Of a stretch of DNA of 64,000 bases, positions 1-43,825 are shown piece after piece (positions within the stretch are counted from its first letter, which is position 1; each line of letters begins with the position of its first letter). The stretch is from Podarcis pityusensis (lineage: Eukaryota): NCBI GenBank assembly GCA_964106645.2, contig OZ067051.1; one strand, given 5' to 3'. The position numbers and the translations under genes are program-made. The notes beneath the pieces were generated by a model. It saw only the letters and a program-made list of their open reading frames with translations, had not been told where the DNA came from and searched no databases.

Positions 1-111
1 CTGAAAGCTTGGTTTAAAATCCTTGCATGGCCAGAAAGCTTCATTGGGTAGCCTTGGGCAAGTCAAGTCTCATCCTAACCCCTGTCACAGGGTCCCCCTG
101 ACATCATTAGA

Positions 112-250
112 AGGGTACAGCTCAGAAGCAGAGCATATCCTCTGAATGGCAAAGGTGCTGGGTCCAATCCCCAGCAACCCTAGTGTGAGATCTTCAAAAG
201 CCGCTGCCAGTCAGTAGACTGTATTGGTCTACACTGACTAATAGTCCAAT
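112..250 (+). mobile_element. Decayed tRNA-derived SINE (Squam3-like); related copy on the minus strand at ~3155-3295
   Basis: AGCTCAG..AGAGCAT...GGGTCCAATCCCCAGC...GCCGCTGCCAGTCAGT. Confidence 0.5.
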
Positions 251-1083
251 ATTGTTTTCAAATTGTCTAAGACCTTGGATAGCTGCTGCCAATTAGATTA
301 GGATTGTTGTTGGACTCAAACTCCCATCAGCCCCAGTCGAATGATGGAAGTTGTAATCCAGCAACATCTGGAGGAGATAGCATCTAACCCTTGCTAGAGC
401 AGAGATGGAGAAATATTTTTGGACTCCAAATCCCTTCGGCCCCAGTCAGCATGGCTGATGGTCTGGAATGATCAGAACTGGAGTCCAAAACATCTGGAGG
501 GCCATGAATTTTCTGTCCAGAAGTAGAGACTATTCACCTAGGTGGGGCCAGTGGTTTGACTTGATATAAGGGTGCCTCCATATGGAGGAAGGTTAGAAAT
601 ACACAAGCATCAAAACTTATTGGCAGTCCTGTTTGCTCCAGACTTTCAAATGTGAGCTGCTAATGAAGTCCTGTGTAACTTCTTTGCATGAGGGAGAAGA
701 ATAAAATTGTCACATTTTAAAATAATTTATGAAATCAAATATTAGACTGTTAAGATAATGTTTTCAAAATCAGCATTTCATTCTGAAGCTTTATACAAAG
801 TTTGGGTTTCAATGCCTGACACAAAATCACATACAGACTCTCAGTTCTTTGGCCCAGCTATTGCTTGGAACTTGGAACTGGTAGTGTCAGAAGTTTCTGG
901 GGTGCATCTCGAAAGATATTGTGGTGCATCTTTGATAAGACTGTTGAAAAATTGAAGAGGACTCTATATTTCATCAAAACAACAACAACAAGAAAATCAA
1001 GAAAAGACTACAATACTTAAAAAAACCAAAAAGATGGGGTGTTCGATTTAACAGCAGATTGTTGTGTTCTCTTTTTGGTGCAG

Positions 1084-34298
<33,215 letters not shown>

Positions 34299-34729
34299 CT
34301 CTGTGGACAAAAATCATCTGCCTTTTTCGCCCATGTCAGATTTCAATGTTGACACCATTTTATGGTAACAATAGATGTTTTAGGAACATAAACAGCTGCC
34401 ACCTTTTTAGTTACTCTAAATGTAACAAAACTTAGATGTGTTTATTTTTTTGTGACTGTAAACAAAAAAAAATGCAAAAAGTGAGATCAGTAAGGGTTTT
34501 CTCCCCCTCCGCCTCCCCCCATATTTTTGTTCACTTTTGATAAGTTTGCATGGAGCCTTTCTTGTGCATTTTTGTTGGGAATGGTACATTTTGTAAACCC
34601 TCCCAGTGAACATGAAGAGTTGTACATTGTGTATAATTGTTCATTAGAAAGGACAGTTTTACATGAATATTCATATATTTATTTTTGTTTTAATTTCAAA
34701 TGCCTGTCCAGGGTTCCTTATGCAGAGAA

Positions 34730-34735
34730 AATAAA
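34730..34735 (+). terminator. Probable HERC1 polyadenylation signal AATAAA
   Basis: First canonical AATAAA I found after the HERC1 stop, followed by GU/U-rich TTGTGGTTTTGT. Confidence 0.6.
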
Positions 34736-35705
34736 GCAAATTCAAGAACTGAATTGTGGTTTTGTCAATATTTGACATGGTGCTGACCCAGAACCGTGGC
34801 TTGCCATTTGGGTCTCCAGTTTGTCGTAAGAAGTCTTTAAAAACTAATCTTCCACAGTATATTAATTTCCTTAAATGAGGTTGACAGCCGAAACCGGGAT
34901 GGAGGCTTCTGTAAACTGGCACATGAAAAACTACAGGACTTCCAATGAGAGCTGGAACATCAAAACAGGACATGTGCGTTGTTCGCTCACTTTTGTCTAT
35001 GGCTCAACAATTAGTCCTAATTGTGCAGCTGTGGATGTAATGCTACTTTTTGTTGCAGTCCCAGAGGAGTGGTAATCTGAGAGGGCTTCCAAAGAAAGGT
35101 AGTATAAAAGTAGAGAGTAGTGAAGAATTGCAGTTAATAGATTTACATCATTTGCACTAAGAGACACGGTAGACTTTAAGCCATTGTAAGGTAGCAATTT
35201 CCTTTGTCAGTTTTTGAGGTATTTTTGAGATTCCAGTAAATAAAGCAGCTGTGACCCTCCAACTCACACCAGCCCAAGGCACTATAGTAATGGTCAGGGA
35301 AGAGCTTGGTGTCAAACAGCTGGAGGGACCCAGTTGTTCCCTGCCCAAATGGAGGAAAAAATGCATTCTTACAACATCAAAAGCGGGTTCTTTCTGGATC
35401 TTACTAAGTAATCTTAAAAAATAAAAAAAAGCACAAAAGCCAAAGCACTTTATGAAATTGAACACTTAATGTTCCCAAACCATCAGGAACTGTTCCACAC
35501 ACCCCACACCCCACTTCACAAATTCCTCTGGCTCTGCAAACTTTTCAGTCAGCTGTGAGGTTGCTAGTTCTGAGTACCTAACTCCAGGGCTTTGCCATTC
35601 TCACAATTTAGTGAGTTTGTGCATGAGAACAGCTAGGTGCCTGTATATGCATGGTCACCATCTCACAACAGAAAGAGCACAGAGCCCGGCAGCTTCTCTC
35701 TTGGC

Positions 35706-36051
35706 TTAGTGCCACAGCAGCTTCTTGAACGCTCTTTCTGCAGGCGAGTTGCTGCCTGGCTTTTTGTCTGGGATCATGTCTGCACTTCTCTCTGCTTTTA
35801 GAGAGAGCAATGGCCGATTTTTACGGACTTGCTGCAAACCAGCCTCAGTTATATTCCTGCAGAAGTCCACATGTAAAATTTCTAAAGATGTAGCATAGAA
35901 GATTACAGCTTCCAAAGTCCGGTCAGTTATCTGGACACAGTTTTCAAGTTGGAGTGTGTTCAGACAGGAGCAGCTCATCAGAAGCAGTGTGATACAGTCA
36001 TCTGTGACATGGCCACATCCAGACAGCATCAAAGACAGCAAGTTTGGGCAT
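35706..36051 (-). CDS. FBXL22: FBXL22 coding exon 2 (LRRs, stop)
   Basis: ttctttcag|ATGCCCAAAC...KKLLWH*; ORF 35706-36080. Confidence 0.94.
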
Positions 36052-36382
36052 CTGAAAGAATGAATGCTATAGGTTAGCAAAGTAAAACGTAAGCCACACA
36101 GTGCTAAAGTCCTCTACCCCTCACTCCACTGAAGCCAATTCAAACTCTGGCCCATATCTATATGAAGCAGAAAACATAGCACTATTTCAAATGAGACTTT
36201 ATACTGACCATGTTCTCTAGGAGCAAACAGCCCATAGAATACAGTAATAAATTGCATTAACAATGACCATTAATTTCCCTCTAACGTACAACTTCCCTGT
36301 TTAGGGAAGTTTTTAACACATGATTGGAAGCCGCCCAGAGTGGCCGGGGAAACTCAGCCAGATGGGCAGGGTATAAATAATT

Positions 36383-36428
<46 letters not shown>

Positions 36429-39400
36429 AAAACCCTCTCCAAACCATGTATGTATAGCTATGGATATAACTTAGGATAATGCTTCAAGCATCTAATCAAG
36501 TGGACTTTCTAATTCCAGGGTGGCTAATTTGGGAGCTTCAGTTTGGCTATGATGATGATGATGATGATGATAATTTTTTATTTATACTAACAGCTAGAGA
36601 GCCATGAATTCCCTTTCCCTGCTCCAGAAAGCTCATGCCAGAATAAATTTTAATCCATTAGCTTCCACAAAACTGTTGCGTTTGCAGCATCAGACCAATA
36701 GGGAATATCCCTCTGCAGCATCTCCCAATATTATAATCTAGCTAACCTCAAATTATTTAGAACATATCAAATATAAGCTAGTTAAACATACTGGGAAGGT
36801 TATTCCAACTTAAGTGAGGGAAAGTCATGCAAAGTGAACCTGCTGGATCAGACCAGAGACCTATCATCTTACTGCATTCCCTGCTTGCATTCTGCCCAGC
36901 AAGAGAGCAGAAGCCCTCCTGATGTTTCCTGATAACTGGTAGCTAGAGGCAGAACATAGCCATCACAAGTGCATGGAGGCTACTTCTCTGCCTTGCAGTC
37001 TTAGGAAGACTTCACCATTCAGCAACCTAAGAGGAGGCTACTGAAGCTTTTCTGCTGTTCAATACCAATCTGTGTGAATGGACCCTGTTAATGTAAGGGC
37101 ATCTTATGCCCTAATATTTGTTAGTCTTTCAGCTGCTCCAGGAGTTGGGAGAATTGCTTGATAGACCTCAGACTGGCTGTGTAGAACAATCCATCCTGTG
37201 TAGAACCCCAAACCCAAAGAAGGGCAGTGCCAAAGAATGCTCCAACTACCACACAATTGCACTCATTTCACACGCTAGCAAGGTTATGCTTAAAATTCTA
37301 CAAGGCAGGCTTAAGCAGTATGTGGACTGAGAACTCCCAGAAGTGCAAGCTGGATTTTGAAGGGGCAGAGGAACCAGAGACCAAATTGCAAATGTGCACT
37401 GGATTATGGAGAAAGCTAGAGAGTTCCAGAAAAACACCTACTTCTGCTTCATTGACTACGCAGAAGCATTTGACTGTGTCGACCACAGCAAACAATGGCA
37501 AGTTCTTGAAGAAATGGGAGTGCCTGATCACCTCATCTGTCTCCTGAGAAATCTCTATATGGGACAAGAAGCTACAGTTAGAACTGGATATGGAACAACT
37601 GATTGGTTCAAAATTGGGAAAGGAGTACGGCAAGGCTGTATATTGTCTCCCTGCTTATTTAACTTATATGCAGAATTCATCATGTGAAAGGCTGGGCTGG
37701 ATGAATCCCAAACTGGAATTAAGATTGCCAGAAGAAATATCAACAACCTCAGATATGCAGATGACACAACCTTAACGGCAGAAAGTGAGGAGGAATTAAA
37801 GAACCTTTTAATGAAGGTGAAAGAGGAGAGCGCAAAATATGGTCTGAAGCTCAACATCAAAAAAACAAAGATCATGGCCACTGGTCCCATCACCTCCTGG
37901 CAAATAGAAGGGGAAGAAATGGAGGCAGTGAGAGATTTCACTTTCTTGGGCTCCATGATCACTGCAGATGGTGACAGCAGCCACGAAATTAAAAGACGCC
38001 TGCTCCTTGGGAGAAAAGCAGTGACAAACCTAGACAGCATCTTAAAAAGCAGAGACATCACCTTGCCAACAAAGGTCCATATAGTTAAAGCTATGGTTTT
38101 CCCAGTAATGATGTATGGAAGTGAGAGCTGGACCATCAAGAAGGCTGATCGCTGAAGAATTGATGCTTTTGAATTATGGTGCTGGAGGAGACTCTTGAGA
38201 GTCCCATGGACTGCAAGAAGATCAAACCTAACCATTCTTAAAGAAATCAGCCCTGAGTGCTCACTGGAAGGACAGATCCTGAAGCTGAGGCTCCAAGACT
38301 TTGGCCACCTCATGAGAAGAGAAGACTCCCTGGAAAAGACCCTGATGTTGGGAAAGATGGAGGGCACAAGGAGAAGGGGACGACAGAGGACGAGATGGTT
38401 GGGCAGTGTTCTCGAAGCTACCAGCATGAGTTTGACCAAACTGCGGGAGGCAGTGGAAGACAGGAGTGCCTGGCGTGCTCTGGTCCAGGGGGTCACAAAG
38501 AGTCGGACATGACTAAACAACTAAACAACAACTATGAAGTACATAAAGGCTGCTTCAACCATATGATTAGGAAGTCTACACATGTATGGAGTAGGTACAG
38601 AGACCTGTTAGAAAGAAAGAACCCATGCTGGGTATCCCCAATAGAGGTGGTAGCAATAAAAGATCAATCTGGAGGAAAAATGGGGGACATATAAGGACTT
38701 ACTGGAATTTAAGGATGACACTACCAGACTAAAAAATTGAGAGCTACTAACAGGAGTAGTCACACACTGGTTTCAGTATACTCAAGCAAGATATATAGGA
38801 GAGATAAAGAAAGAGGGTTTGTGGAAGGCGGGTCAGAGTTTGAAAAAAACACTATTAGGAAGCAACAAGAAACTTACCAAGAATATACCAAATCCTATTA
38901 GAATGGGAAACCAAAGATGAGTTAGTGAAGGCAGCAATGATACACTGGGTGTTGGATATTGGACATAATATCGAGCTATCTGCATGGGAAAAACTGGAAG
39001 ACAATAATTTTTTTGGCATGTTTCACAATTAAAGAGAATATCCAAAAAATGACCTTACAGATGGTTTCTGCCGTCCAGTAAAATTGCTAGAATGTACAAG
39101 AAAAGATCCAACTTGTGTTGGAAGTGTTCAGAAATAGAGGATATGCTAATTTATATGTGTGAATTGTAAATGTGTCCAAAAAGGGGGGAGATGGCATATA
39201 ACGAACTCAAAAAAAATCTAAGCTCACATTTCAAAAGAAACCAGAAGCCTTCTTAGAACAAATACCTAGGAAATACCAAACTGTATTCATGTATGCAATA
39301 ACTACTGCGCGAATGTGTATCTATCGAATCTATCAACAAACCCTACATTAAACGTCAACTTCCCTTCCTCCCCTTCCATGGCTCATTCCAATTTCTCCTT

Positions 39401-41225
39401 TACTGTTGCATATTTTAATTACTCCTTATTCTTTCTCTTCCAGTTTTTCCTCCATTTATAATTTTACTGCTAAATATATTCTAATCCTGCTAACATTTTA
39501 AGTTGCTTACAATAATTTTTCAAATACTCCACAATTTTTTTCTAATCTTCTTTAAAGACTTTTTGTTCCTGCTGTTATTCTATCAGTTAGGCTAGCATTA
39601 ATTTCATCTGTCATTCCTCCTTTGTTGGTATTGTGCCCTCCTTTCATTTTTTAGCGTACACCATTCAGGCTTCCGTTGTTGCATACATTAAAATATTTTT
39701 CAGATCACTGGGTATATCTGAACCAATTATTCCTAAAATAACAGCGTCTGGTATTTTTATAAAAGACCTTTTCACCCAAAAAATAATTTCATTATAAATC
39801 ATCTCTCAGAAGCCTTTCACTACTTTACATGTCCACCACATATGGCAGAAGGTACCTCAATTTTCCTTACACTTCCAGCAGTATCTAGTTCTGACTTATA
39901 CATCTTCGGCTACTTACTGGGTGCTAGATACCACCTATATATCATTTTCATACTTTTTAAATTATTTATTATTATTATTAGCCCACCATCCGGCTGGGTT
40001 TCCCCATATAATTCTCTTTTAATGTATAACATGCAGTAAATTTTAGTTCCATAGTTTATCCCATGCACTCAGTTCACTATTATATCATATATCCCTTGCC
40101 TTATGTATCATTCCTGGTTTTACCAGCACATATTTTGTTTCCCAGTCTAATAACAACTTATACATTCTAGAAATCAATTTTTCTGTGTTCTCTATAAGCT
40201 CCCTTTCAAATTGTGAGCTTTGATTCATAAAACCATTTTTTTTATTTTGAACATTTCATTCAATTTTAACTAGTCCCTTCCTGCTTCTGTAATGTCCTCA
40301 TATTTCTTAAGCTTTGCCTCTGTAAAGTTCAAAAACTTTGTGTTGCCAAGTCTCAGTCCATATTTTGTTTTTTTCAAGGAGGTTGCTTCTATGGGTGAAA
40401 GCCATAGGGTGTTTTCCTTTCCAGCAGGTTTTTGTATTTTTCCCACACTCTGGAAGCTGTGGAATTAGTTGTACCTTGTCTTAGGCTATCAATAGTTAAT
40501 CTTCCTACAATGAAATGAAGGAGGGGCCCAAAATTTGTTTGCTTTAGCTGGAGGGCAATAACATCCATTTGAAAACTGCTTGGAATAGCTGGCCAAGGTA
40601 AAGCACATGCTGGAAATTCCAAAGCATAGAAGGCTGCTATGCTTGATTTGATTTTTTACACCTTAAAAGATGTTGGAATGGTCCCATGGGGAGGAAATAA
40701 GGGATAAGAATAGGAAGAACCCTACTAGAAGTATTGTGTTGATTGAAGAGTACTCAAGAAATGCATGTAAACAAAAGTACTGTGATTCTGATGCGAAACC
40801 GAATCAGATCGTACAACTGCAGCCTATGCAACTCCCATCTATCACAGAAGCCACCCGTTTTATGAAGCATTTCACAGCCCAAGAACTTACCTGTTGCAAA
40901 CCTGTTGTAAAAAGTTATTGACTATGTGCTCGTGGGTCTTGCAGATGTTCTGCTGCAAGGTGCTCTTCATCCAGTTCTCAACGTTGCACACTTTGACTTG
41001 GCTGGAATGCCAGCAGATGGAGAGGTGGCGCAAGGCTGGTCCCAGAACAAAGTTGTTCTTGGTCAGTTCTGCAGGAGAATGAAAATGCAGCAGAGGCCAT
41101 AACGAGGGATCCTGAAAGACCCTGAACAACTTAACACAAGTCTGGGCTAAATTTTTCCTGCTCTTTTTATCCAAAAAGGAGAAGATGTGCAGAAGGCATT
41201 CCCAATTCATCTGTGTGATATGCAT
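35706..41225 (-). CDS. FBXL22: F-box and leucine-rich repeat protein 22, complete 2-exon CDS (226 aa)
   Basis: Exon 1 41225-40891 ([20 protein letters not shown]-box) joins exon 2 36051-35706 ([18 protein letters not shown] LRRs) in phase 2; position between HERC1 and USP3 matches vertebrate synteny. Confidence 0.95.
36325..36427 (+). repeat. Retroposon 3' end with (TTA)n microsatellite tail
   Basis: GGAAGCCGCCCAGAGTGG...GGGTATAAATAA followed by about 14 TTA units; inverted short copy at ~39961-40007. Confidence 0.7.
37206..38532 (+). mobile_element. BovB (RTE-clade) LINE, 5'-truncated, covering RT domain to 3' tail
   Basis: One frame encodes [12 protein letters not shown]...[29 protein letters not shown] (37754-37765), ...GVTKSRT; ends in a (CAA)-type tail; five in-frame TGA stops. 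Confidence 0.95.
38534..39325 (+). mobile_element. Decayed L1/Tx1-like LINE ORF2 3' fragment
   Basis: Remnant peptides [49 protein letters not shown]. Confidence 0.7.
39345..40465 (-). mobile_element. Second decayed L1/Tx1-like ORF2 3' fragment, opposite orientation
   Basis: Minus strand gives [41 protein letters not shown]. Confidence 0.7.
40891..41225 (-). CDS. FBXL22: FBXL22 coding exon 1 (F-box)
   Basis: ATG at 41225 in GTGGCAATG context; ends TGCAACAG|gtaagt. Confidence 0.93.
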
Positions 41226-41317
41226 TGCCACTGAGTGGCTGTAGGGAGAAGGTATGGTATGTTTCAGCAGCAAGACAGGAGGCCTGAACGGCTTCCAAGT
41301 CACTTCTGGTCTCTTGC

Positions 41318-41486
41318 ACAAATATGGTGTGGAATGGAAGCTATTTTTGGCTGCCAGCTGGCAAAGGCGTTTCAAAAAAGGGCAAGGATCAAGGGGAGGC
41401 TGGCTGCAGACTCAGTCTCTTCTCCCCGTGGAATGGCTAGAGCAGGAGCAAAATGGCTTAGTTTAGTCAAATCTTGCCTTAAAAGG
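41318..41486 (-). promoter_or_regulatory. Candidate muscle cis-regulatory module upstream of FBXL22 (CArG, MCAT x2, MEF2-like, E-box)
   Basis: CCTTAAAAGG 41477-41486; TGGAATG at 41330 and 41429; CTATTTTTGG 41341-41350; CAGCTG 41355-41360; ACAAATATGG 41318-41327. Confidence 0.55.
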
Positions 41487-43693
41487 ATTTATTTGCCTCC
41501 GAGACTATTCATGTTTAGGAGGTGGTTTCTGCTTGTTTAGAGCGCTTCCCAGCCCACCCATCTGTTTATGTCACATGATGGATAAAGCCACTACTTCCCC
41601 TGTAAAAGGTCTGAAGCTGGGTTCACATCATACCAGGACAGCTCCTGATTTCAAAGAATGGCTGTGCACCAAAGGCAGCCCACATGGGGGAGACAGCCAA
41701 GATTTACACACTATATAAATCCACTGAGATTCTACAATGCAAGTTTAAGACTCTCTGCTTCAAAGCCCTGGATGAGCAGCACCTAGTTTGCTGGACAACA
41801 GCTGGATGCAGTCATTACTTAAAAGTCAGTAGCTCTCAAATGATGGAGTGGTTATTGCTAGCTTGGTGCGGGGGGGAAGGTTCTGTTATTTTTTGTTGTG
41901 AAGGTCTCATCATGTTGCAGAATGGGACACTTCAGCTACATAGTTCACGTATTTGGTTAAACAGAGATGAGAAGTAGAGGAACTTTCCAGAGACTTCCAA
42001 GAAATGATGAGAGCTCTGAGCTTGGTTATGAGTTAAAAGGTTCACCCAGTCATTTGTGAAGTAGTTCTGCCCTCCTACCTTGCTGCCTGCCTGGATGAAA
42101 AACTACAGAACTGAAGCCCACCTTCCCATTGCTTGGGTGTGACGAGCTACTGCCAGCCAGAAGCTGCTTTAAGGCACCTGCTCCAGCACCAAAGGCTCCA
42201 GCTTGGCCTTTGTTATATTTAAACATCTCCAAGGACAGACAGACCCAGCCTGTGAGAAGAAAAGATCTGGGCAAAAATTAATCCATTCAGCTCCTTTGCA
42301 TCTTGAGGGGAGGCAGTCGTATCGTTCCCCGTGTCCTCTTTTGATTCATTATTGCATCTGTATCTCACATTTCCTTCAAGAAACTGTCTTGCCCTCTTTT
42401 TATCCTCACAAGCACCCTGTTTCTATCCAAATATGATTTTGGTTTTAAACGCAGTGTAAGGTAGTCTCTATGGGAGTATATTGTATTTAATTATGGGGTA
42501 TCAGAGTTTTTAGGGGGTTAACCAGGCTGGGATCGCTGGCTTGTTGGTTTTTGAATGTCTGATGTAGATTTTTTCAATTTTGTTGTGCTGTATGGGACAA
42601 TGGCAATAAAGATTATCGTATGGTGATGTAGGTGAAGCCATGGGACGGTGACTAGCCCAGTCACCCAGGGAGCTTCTTAATGAGTGGGGATTTGAACCCT
42701 GGTCACTCAAGGGCTAGTCTGACACACTGACCACACTTGCTCTGCAAATGCCCATCTGGGCTCTTCATGAAGCACAACCCATAGCTCCAAGTGAAACTTA
42801 TTCCCTTAAAAAGGAACAGAAAGTTCAGTGGAGGTACAAGAGAAAGGAAATGAAAGGAAGCTGTTCCTCTTGGAGCCCCTTCCAAGCTCCCCTGCTGGGG
42901 GAATGAGAGGCCGTCATTGACTGGACAGGGGCTGTTCTACAGAAAGGCTCCACACAGCTGTTCTAAATGATCAAGGATGCAAACACACAACAGCTGACTA
43001 AAAGAAATAATGCAATCTTTGTATCGAGTCTGCAAAGGGGAGGAACTTACAAGAAATATTTAGCCAAACATACTCTGCGTACATAGAAATGCCATATGTC
43101 TGGTTTTTCCTGGACACGACCTCTTTTTCATGGTCAAAATTTCTCTCCAGGCAGAATTTATAAATTTGGCAAAATGTCTGGGTTTGGCGGCTGGCTGACT
43201 GGAGCAAGGAGTTGTGCACGCAGCAGGGGAGAAGCGGCAGCAAAAAGGAGCTGTCAAATCCGGGCTCCTGCTGGAGCTGGTGTGCTTTGCCGGGACTTGG
43301 CTGGCAGGCTAGAGCTGCAACGCCAAAGCCACTTCCTCCTCCTCCTCCTCCTCTTCCACACCACCCTCCACCGGTCAGACTTAGGGCAGAGGAAACATCG
43401 GTTGTGTGTGTGGAGCATGGGGAGGCAGGCATATCCCTGGGGGAGAAGAGGGAGGAGAAGCCAGGTTCTGAGGCTGGAAAGGATCTTCCGCTGGAGCGCA
43501 GCTCCTGTAGTTTGGCCTCTCCCCTGCCCCCTTGGCTGCATCGGGCCCTGGGCATGTGGCCTTTCGGTCCCTCCAGTCTCCCTCCTTAACTTAGCAGTGG
43601 TGAAGAGTTTTCTGGAAAATTATCAGTGCTTTAAACTGATTGGAATCTAACATTTTTGGCTTACATTTAGGAAACAAAACTGAAGTATGTCAT

Positions 43694-43825
43694 TTACAGA
43701 TGGGTAGCCGTGTTGGTCTGCCATAGTCGAAATAAAAAAATTCCTTCCTGTAGCACCTTAAAGACCAACTAAGTTAGTTCTTGGTATAAGCTTTCGTGTG
43801 CATGCACACTTCTTCAGATACACAT
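43694..43825 (-). mobile_element. Short Penelope-like (PLE) terminal element with 14-bp TSD
   Basis: GGGTAGCCGTGTTGGTCTG...GCACCTTAAAGACCAAC...AAGCTTTCGTG...CTTCTTCAGATAC; TSD CTGAAGTATGTCAT at 43680-43693 and 43826-43839. Confidence 0.8.
43784..43821 (-). ncRNA. Minimal type-I hammerhead ribozyme motif
   Basis: Minus strand reads GUAU-CUGAAGA-A-GUGUG(CAUG)CACAC-GAAA-GC-UU-AUAC. Confidence 0.75.

Noticed and set aside
37555-38520. 321-aa ORF on the minus strand, the longest in the window
   Set aside because: It is the antisense frame of the BovB RT region, lies wholly inside the element, and has no recognisable domain.
41226-41375. 50-aa N-terminal extension of FBXL22 in the ORF track
   Set aside because: Begins at a non-ATG codon and overlaps the promoter-like motifs; F-box similarity starts at the ATG at 41225.
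42998-43650. Overlapping 185, 184 and 125-aa ORFs on both strands
   Set aside because: GC-rich, low-complexity interior of a probable DNA element; no domain or splice support.
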